The notes under the pieces: generated by a model
Told to the model about the DNA's origin: nothing
Databases searched by the model: none
What the model saw: only the letters and a program-made list of their open reading frames with translations
Shown: piece by piece, positions 48,408 through 54,331 of the stretch
How positions within the stretch are numbered: the first letter of the stretch is position 1
How the letters are laid out: each line of letters opens with the position of its first letter
Translations under genes and position numbers: made by a program
NCBI GenBank assembly: GCA_000934665.2
Contig: KZ538681.1
Location: 1 to 54,331 of the forward strand
Direction: 5' to 3'
Source: Catajapyx aquilonaris
Taxonomy: Eukaryota
DNA length: 54,331 nucleotides

Positions 48408-50175
48408 CTTTCTGAAGATTTGGAAATGCTGGCCACCTTACCTGCTACATAAGGCCTGAAAAGGGAAATTTCTACTAAAAGAAAATAATAGATTCCCACA
48501 CATGAAGAGCATCGACTATCACACGTTCGTCAAAAACAAAACAAAAAAGGAGAAGAAACTGCGTATGTTCACAAATTATTCCGTCTGCAGTACATCACCA
48601 AGCACCATCATCACAATAAAGATGTTACTCTCGAACTGATACTTCAAGGGGCACTCTCCCAAAAGCAAGGTGTATCCATGGTTCACAGCGTCGCGATTTT
48701 TTAAAATGCAAATTGTGTACTGCATTATGTACATTAGTTAGTACAATGCATTAAACCATTTGCTCGGTATACCATGCATACACATAGAGCGCTTAAAACT
48801 TGTCATAGCTCCTTGTCATATAGTTCCTGCTCAATTGAAAAAATACTTGTAGATCGCTGCGTTAGACAAGAATAAATTGAAATGAAGAAATATGAAGAAA
48901 AAGATAGCTAACTCTGCTCGAGTATATGTGCAGGAAGAGCTCACCTATAATCTTGTGGTGTTGACGAGTACAAAATGAAGGACTAAAAATTGTCAAAAAA
49001 AAATCATTATCTAACAATATGAACGTGGATCAGTTAAAACATAATAATGGTGACTGTTTGAAACATTTATTATGCACATTCAATGGGAGGTTCCTGGTTA
49101 CAATTAAGCATTGCGAATGGTTCAAGGAGATTGATAGTATGCAGTTGTGAACTGGGTTGTCTGAAAATCAGGTATGACGCACATTTTCTAGATTCAATTT
49201 TTTTGCCATTATTAGCTCCATATTAGCCACTAGATCAATGCAACACATGACAAACATCTACTACATACGCGGGTAATTAGCTATTACTGTAATACAGGCC
49301 AATATTTAACTCGAACGAATACTTGAGGAACGTATTTTAATGTTTAGAGGCAATCACATGCTATGAAATTGAAGCCTTTTTGATTCTAAATTTCCTTAAT
49401 AACATACTGTACTTGCCTCTCTGAAGTCCTGGCCAACCCCTCTCTGCACACCGTCATTACTCGTAATTGACCTGGAATCTCAACGAGGAAGAATTTATTG
49501 AGGGATAATTAAGGTTCTTTATTAGCAAGCTTGTTTTTGTTTTTTCCGATCCACAGATGTGTGCACACCACGCATTATATGAACCTGTGGTCCACAATGG
49601 CAAAGTTCTACCTCAATGTATAGGGCTCTATATTGATTAAATTCTTTTTTTGTGCACATTTTTACAGACTGCACTGAAGACTGAATATAAGATGAGATGA
49701 GGTATTATTTTATCTTCAAATCTGACATTAATTTAGGAGTAATTTCACGGGAACATGTCTAAACCACAATATATTATAGTGCTCCAAAGTGAAAGGTTGG
49801 GGGGAAAGACAGTAGTCAGCGTCATAAAAGCTGCACTCAAGGGCCAGAAAAGAGCAACAAATGACCATAAAGATGACAGCCTTTCAGACATATTATTATA
49901 TTTCCTGACAAGGGATACGAGACTGCGGTCCTTGCCTATTTTTACCGAAAATTATATTCGCTAATGGCAATTATACATTATTTTAGACGTGGTTAAAACT
50001 AGAGTAACACAGACACAGGCAAAGGCGAATTTTAGGATGGGAATAGGCGGAAAAAGAAATTACAGAGCAATACTTTAAGCATTGAAGCGCTTATTTCTGC
50101 CACAAAAAATGACGAATGATTGGGGGATATAAAAGAGGTGAGGTAACAAGGTCAGTTGACCAGTCCACTGTGTAA

Positions 50176-52161
50176 ATGGGACGTGCAATGTTGCTGGTTC
50201 TCCTTCTGTGCGTGGGTGAAGGTGACTCTCGGTTGACCAGGAAGAAGGTTGGGATGGAGTGGTCATCGGAGGAGGAGGCCTCTCTGGTGGCATCCCTGGT
50301 GCTCATGGCCCATGACCCGAACTGCCTCCTGGTGCTGGCCACGGGTCAACCCCAGTCCTCCTTTTATGACCATCAGATGACCCGTCTCCTCCTCAAGAGG
50401 GCCCACTCTTCATCTCCTGTTCTGTCCATCCGTTGGTCCCCATCCATGCCCCAGTCCACCACCAACACACCTGAGTACTGGTTCTCTTGGCTGGAGAGAC
50501 CCATGGCCAGGCACCTCCACAACTGCGGGCTGTTCCTCTTGGCCCTGCCCCGGGTCCAGTACCTCAGGCCCTTCCTCCGACACCTGGCATCTATAGTCCG
50601 GATCAAGACCAACAGGGACAGGTTCATCTTCTGGACACCATCTGGACCATCATCATCCAGTGATGATGCTGTGGTGAGGGACGCCCTCTTGGATCCGGAC
50701 GCAGAGAGGATGCTCTTCTCCCTCGGGATGATCTACCACAACCACACCAGGAGACTCTCTCTGCTCAGTAACTGTCACTTCTGCCATCACGGAGGTCATC
50801 CGGCTGTGGTCAACACAGGTTCGTACGGTGCTGGTCAGGAACGGACTCCGGAAGAGTTGTTCCCGGATTATTCTAGGAATCTCCACAATAGGTTTCTGAA
50901 CGGTAGTGGTCCTTTTCAGATAGACAAAAGTGAAGTAAAGTATTTTCTAGACAACAACATGCCCATGTTTCCCCAAATATCTATTATGACGCCACTCAGT
51001 GAAATTTTAAATTTTAACTGGAAATTAGAAGCTTTCGATTTGAGTGACGGGCAACTTCCAGATGTTCGACTCCCCGACGGTAACTACACAGGTCCTACCG
51101 GTCTAATTGTTAAACGAGAAGCAGTGTTTGCAGTAACAGTGTTAAGAGATGAAATGTCATTTGTAACGGATGTCGTTCATCCGCATTCATTATCTGCACT
51201 TACATTCATAACTAGAGCGTCCAGAATTAGTTATTCTTGGAAATCAATTACTCAACCATTCACCCCTGAAATGTGGGCACTTATCTTTGTGGCAAGTGTA
51301 ATCAGCAGTGCAATACTCTGCATGATTCTGAAAGGTAGTTCTACCATAAGCCCGCCCTTCTCCACTCGTCCTCCTCCTTCTCTTTTACTCTATTCATTGA
51401 GATACCTATTTTCCACCCTGATCGAAGAAAACCCAAACCAGGTCCCGACCAGTCAACCAGCCCGAATATTCATCGCTTTCTGGTGGGCATTTTCCCTGGT
51501 CATAATCTGTGGTTACGAGGCTCTTTACTTTGCGTTTTTAGCAAGCCCTGAATTGGAGGAATTGCCCACATATTTTAGTGACAACGTGAAATGGCCGAAG
51601 TGGACTTGGGGAACTGTTGAATTCATGAAACCGTTCCTGGGCAGTGTGCTGGAGTCTTTTGATCCTGCAGTCGCCAAAGACATGATAGACCACATCGATT
51701 TGAACTCGTGCGTTTTGGAAACAATAAATTCCGATCACTCGTGCATTTCCGTGTATGATGCTCTAACTGCAGGCAGCTTTCAATTCGCAGACAAGGCTGG
51801 GAATCTGCCAACAAGGTATGCTGCCGAAAATGATATGATGCTTGTAGGAGCTTCAATTACCGAAAAGTACAGCCTAGTGTCACCAATATTTAGTAGAACC
51901 GTTAATTACATAAGGGATTCGGGTATTTTAGACAAATTAGCAATGATGTTTGACCATGCATGTTTGGCGATGGGAGTCAAGGCTTCCCGTAAAAACAATA
52001 TATTGTACGAGAGATCGATGGCATTGAATTTTATGCAGATGAGTGGACCTCTGTATTTTCTATCTGTTTGCTCGTGGTTTCTCGGGACTTTAGTTTTTCT
52101 GGCGGAGATCTTTTCCCATGGAACGCGCTTCCGTCATACGATATTTGCAAATGCACCTTAG
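50176..52161 (+). CDS. Intronless divergent ionotropic receptor (661 aa)
   Basis: Signal peptide, CHFC, LFPDY.RNLHNR, DGNYTG, QPFTPEMW, RIFIAFWWAFSLVIICGY, DSGIL, M4 ...FLAEI. Confidence 0.9.
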   Translation: MGRAMLLVLLLCVGEGDSRLTRKKVGMEWSSEEEASLVASLVLMAHDPNCLLVLATGQPQSSFYDHQMTRLLLKRAHSSSPVLSIRWSPSMPQSTTNTPEYWFSWLERPMARHLHNCGLFLLALPRVQYLRPFLRHLASIVRIKTNRDRFIFWTPSGPSSSSDDAVVRDALLDPDAERMLFSLGMIYHNHTRRLSLLSNCHFCHHGGHPAVVNTGSYGAGQERTPEELFPDYSRNLHNRFLNGSGPFQIDKSEVKYFLDNNMPMFPQISIMTPLSEILNFNWKLEAFDLSDGQLPDVRLPDGNYTGPTGLIVKREAVFAVTVLRDEMSFVTDVVHPHSLSALTFITRASRISYSWKSITQPFTPEMWALIFVASVISSAILCMILKGSSTISPPFSTRPPPSLLLYSLRYLFSTLIEENPNQVPTSQPARIFIAFWWAFSLVIICGYEALYFAFLASPELEELPTYFSDNVKWPKWTWGTVEFMKPFLGSVLESFDPAVAKDMIDHIDLNSCVLETINSDHSCISVYDALTAGSFQFADKAGNLPTRYAAENDMMLVGASITEKYSLVSPIFSRTVNYIRDSGILDKLAMMFDHACLAMGVKASRKNNILYERSMALNFMQMSGPLYFLSVCSWFLGTLVFLAEIFSHGTRFRHTIFANAP

Positions 52162-52532
52162 CATACCGGTAATTATGTAGGCTAATCTTAAACGGTGAAT
52201 TTTGTGGAAGAATATTCATGGCGGAATAAGTAATAAATATTCTTTGGTACTCCTTGGTACTCCAGTGTACACTTTACAGTAGTGTGGTTAACGTTTTCCA
52301 TTGTCATTTGAAGCACATGGGTCATGCTTCATGCCCCCTCTATTATGCAATGCTACATAATGAGGTGAACCCCCCCCCCCCACCACCAAAAAATCAAGTA
52401 ATTTCAAAACACTTCATTTGCCTGGAAAAGTATGTGAGAAATGTGCCTGTTCTAGGAGAATCACCCAAAAAAGTGATTCTTCCCTTTTGTGCAGGGGTAA
52501 GTGAAATTTCAAATCATTTCCTAAACTTCACT

Positions 52533-52770
52533 GGTGTGGTGGCCGAGATGGTAACGTCTTGGCTTGGTGTGTGAAAGGTCCCAGGTTCGATCCCCGCCTG
52601 GGAGTTTCCTTTCGCCTGCGTCGGGAGGGTCTCTGACCTGCACCAAGGAAGGTGTCTGGCAACCTAACCTCCTGGTCCAATTTGAGACAATGCACTTGCA
52701 CTCCCTCCCCAAGAATCCCTATCTTCTGCTTGATTCCTTGCAGCGGAGACTGAAGAAAAACTACACTCTA
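52533..52770 (+). mobile_element. tRNA-derived SINE-like element
   Basis: A-box TGGCCGAGATGG and B-box GGTTCGATCCC (52584-52594), followed by a non-tRNA body; acceptor stem does not pair cleanly. Confidence 0.6.
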
Positions 52771-54170
52771 TAAAAATGATAGTGGTGTGCCACCCCCTTA
52801 TAAGGGCTCAGTCCTATCACGGGGTTTTAAAAAAATAAAATAAAATAAAATAAAATACTTCACTGAACGGCTTTTATGAAAATTCAAGTCAGCGTCGATC
52901 AAATATATTACACAATAATTAGACCTGAAGTTATGCAGTTATGAAGTTATCAGGTAAGATTATGATATAAACTTTTACAGCATCATGTAGTTGCAACAAT
53001 CCTCATCTCAGGCATGAATCAATCAAAGGACTGTAAAAATATACTGTATAAATCAATTAAAATACATTTTGGTTATCCAGAAGAAGCATTTCATATTTTC
53101 AGTTTTCATCTGACATGAGCCTGACATGTTATTTCCCCATGTGTCCCACGACTTTGCAATTTAATATTTTTCCAATAAAATATCAGTCATTCTTGGACAA
53201 TAAGTTAACATGACTCTTCCCATTCAGTAAATTTTGAAACGCCATGTTATTCCACTCCAAAATGAACTATGTCCTATCATATTGACGCAAAAAGTTACAA
53301 GATTGTACCAGTGAAAATTAAGTAATCAGCAGTTTTTGCTCATATTACGACCCGTTTTTTTTACATAGCCGCCTTTGATCGTAGACCCCTCAGTTCTCAT
53401 GTCAATACAGTCAGTAATGGCGCAATGGACAATCATGATTGTATAGAATCATTGTTGAAAAACCCAAATAGCCTACAGTAATTTTTTGGAGATCAAAGTT
53501 ATTTGCTGCAAAGTCTAAATCTGTGAAATATACACATGTGAAAATCTAAGTAAGCTGATATCAGTTTTGAGTAAACAAAACTAGTTCTGAAGTAATACAT
53601 AATTATTATTGGACGATTCTATCAGCATAATCACGATGCATTCTCATGCAAGCAAAATAATTCCCCCATTTGACGATGTGCTACCAATGTTCCCCAAGTT
53701 ATCGGCACCAAAACTCACCATTAGTGACTGCAGTTACATGTCGTTGAGCAATATATAGCATGGCGGATTCCGGTATATGTACAGTACAAGGTCAAATGCC
53801 CTTCTGACTGACTTAACTATGCATCTTCTTGGGTCCCTCACAGCAGCATCTTGCACACAGCAACTTGAGATGTGCATTAAATAGACGGAAAACTAATTTC
53901 CCGCCACTCACTTAACACACACATACATATACCTCGCTCCAGGCGGACGATACCAAAAATGGACATTCACAAGGCCACTCCAGCCCCCCTGCTTCCACCT
54001 TTCCCACCCACCCACCCTATAGTTGTAGCATTATTTCATATTCAAACGAACAGTTGCCAAAATAGCATTTACAGATTGTATTATGTTGGCAAATAATATT
54101 AATCCCTTGGACTGTATTATTTATTTTAATTTATTCTCCTTGGCGCATTATTAATTTATTATACTTCCTA

Positions 54171-54331
54171 CGAGGGGTGTTATATAAGTTCGTGGTTTCA
54201 AGTAGACATACGCGAGACATGACAAAGAAACAATTTTATTTCTCAACATAGTCCCCACACCGGTCAATACACTTTGTCCATCTTCGTGGCAACTTCTCCA
54301 AACCGCTCCGGTAGAAGGAAGAATCTCCCCC
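54171..54331 (-). mobile_element. 3' end of a mariner element (runs off the window)
   Basis: TA|CGAGGGGTG TIR; minus strand encodes ...FYRSGLEKLPRRWTKCIDRCGDYVEK* (stop at 54236-54238), the classic mariner C-terminus. Confidence 0.88.

Overview
Eukaryotic genomic DNA, almost certainly arthropod. It is intron-rich (many introns of about 50-110 nt), about 40% GC by eye, with one N gap at 4512-4534. The window holds (i) a chemosensory ionotropic receptor (IR, variant iGluR) cluster of four apparently intact genes plus one orphan, frameshifted last exon; (ii) conserved single-copy genes: an Hsp21.4/CG14207-type small HSP with a hidden cassette exon, a tetraspanin, Elp4 and a crimpled-like Ly6 gene; (iii) a tandem array of at least 6 intact and about 2 degenerate small 4-TM genes (DUF4728/LAPTM/Pasiflora-like), one sitting between two head-to-head IRs; (iv) two tandem transposon-derived ORFs that look domesticated: a spliced BED-like zinc-finger gene and a stand-alone, capsid-only Ty3/gypsy Gag (Arc-like, 194 aa, no LTRs or pol); and (v) many mobile elements: a full-length Minos-like Tc1 element, a 2.95-kb foldback palindrome with tRNA-like heads, MITEs, and Helitron, SINE, LINE and mariner remnants. 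The best candidate for an undescribed system is the Arc-like capsid gene. Gene models were built by hand from splice signals and reading phase. Homology calls come from remembered family motifs, not database searches.
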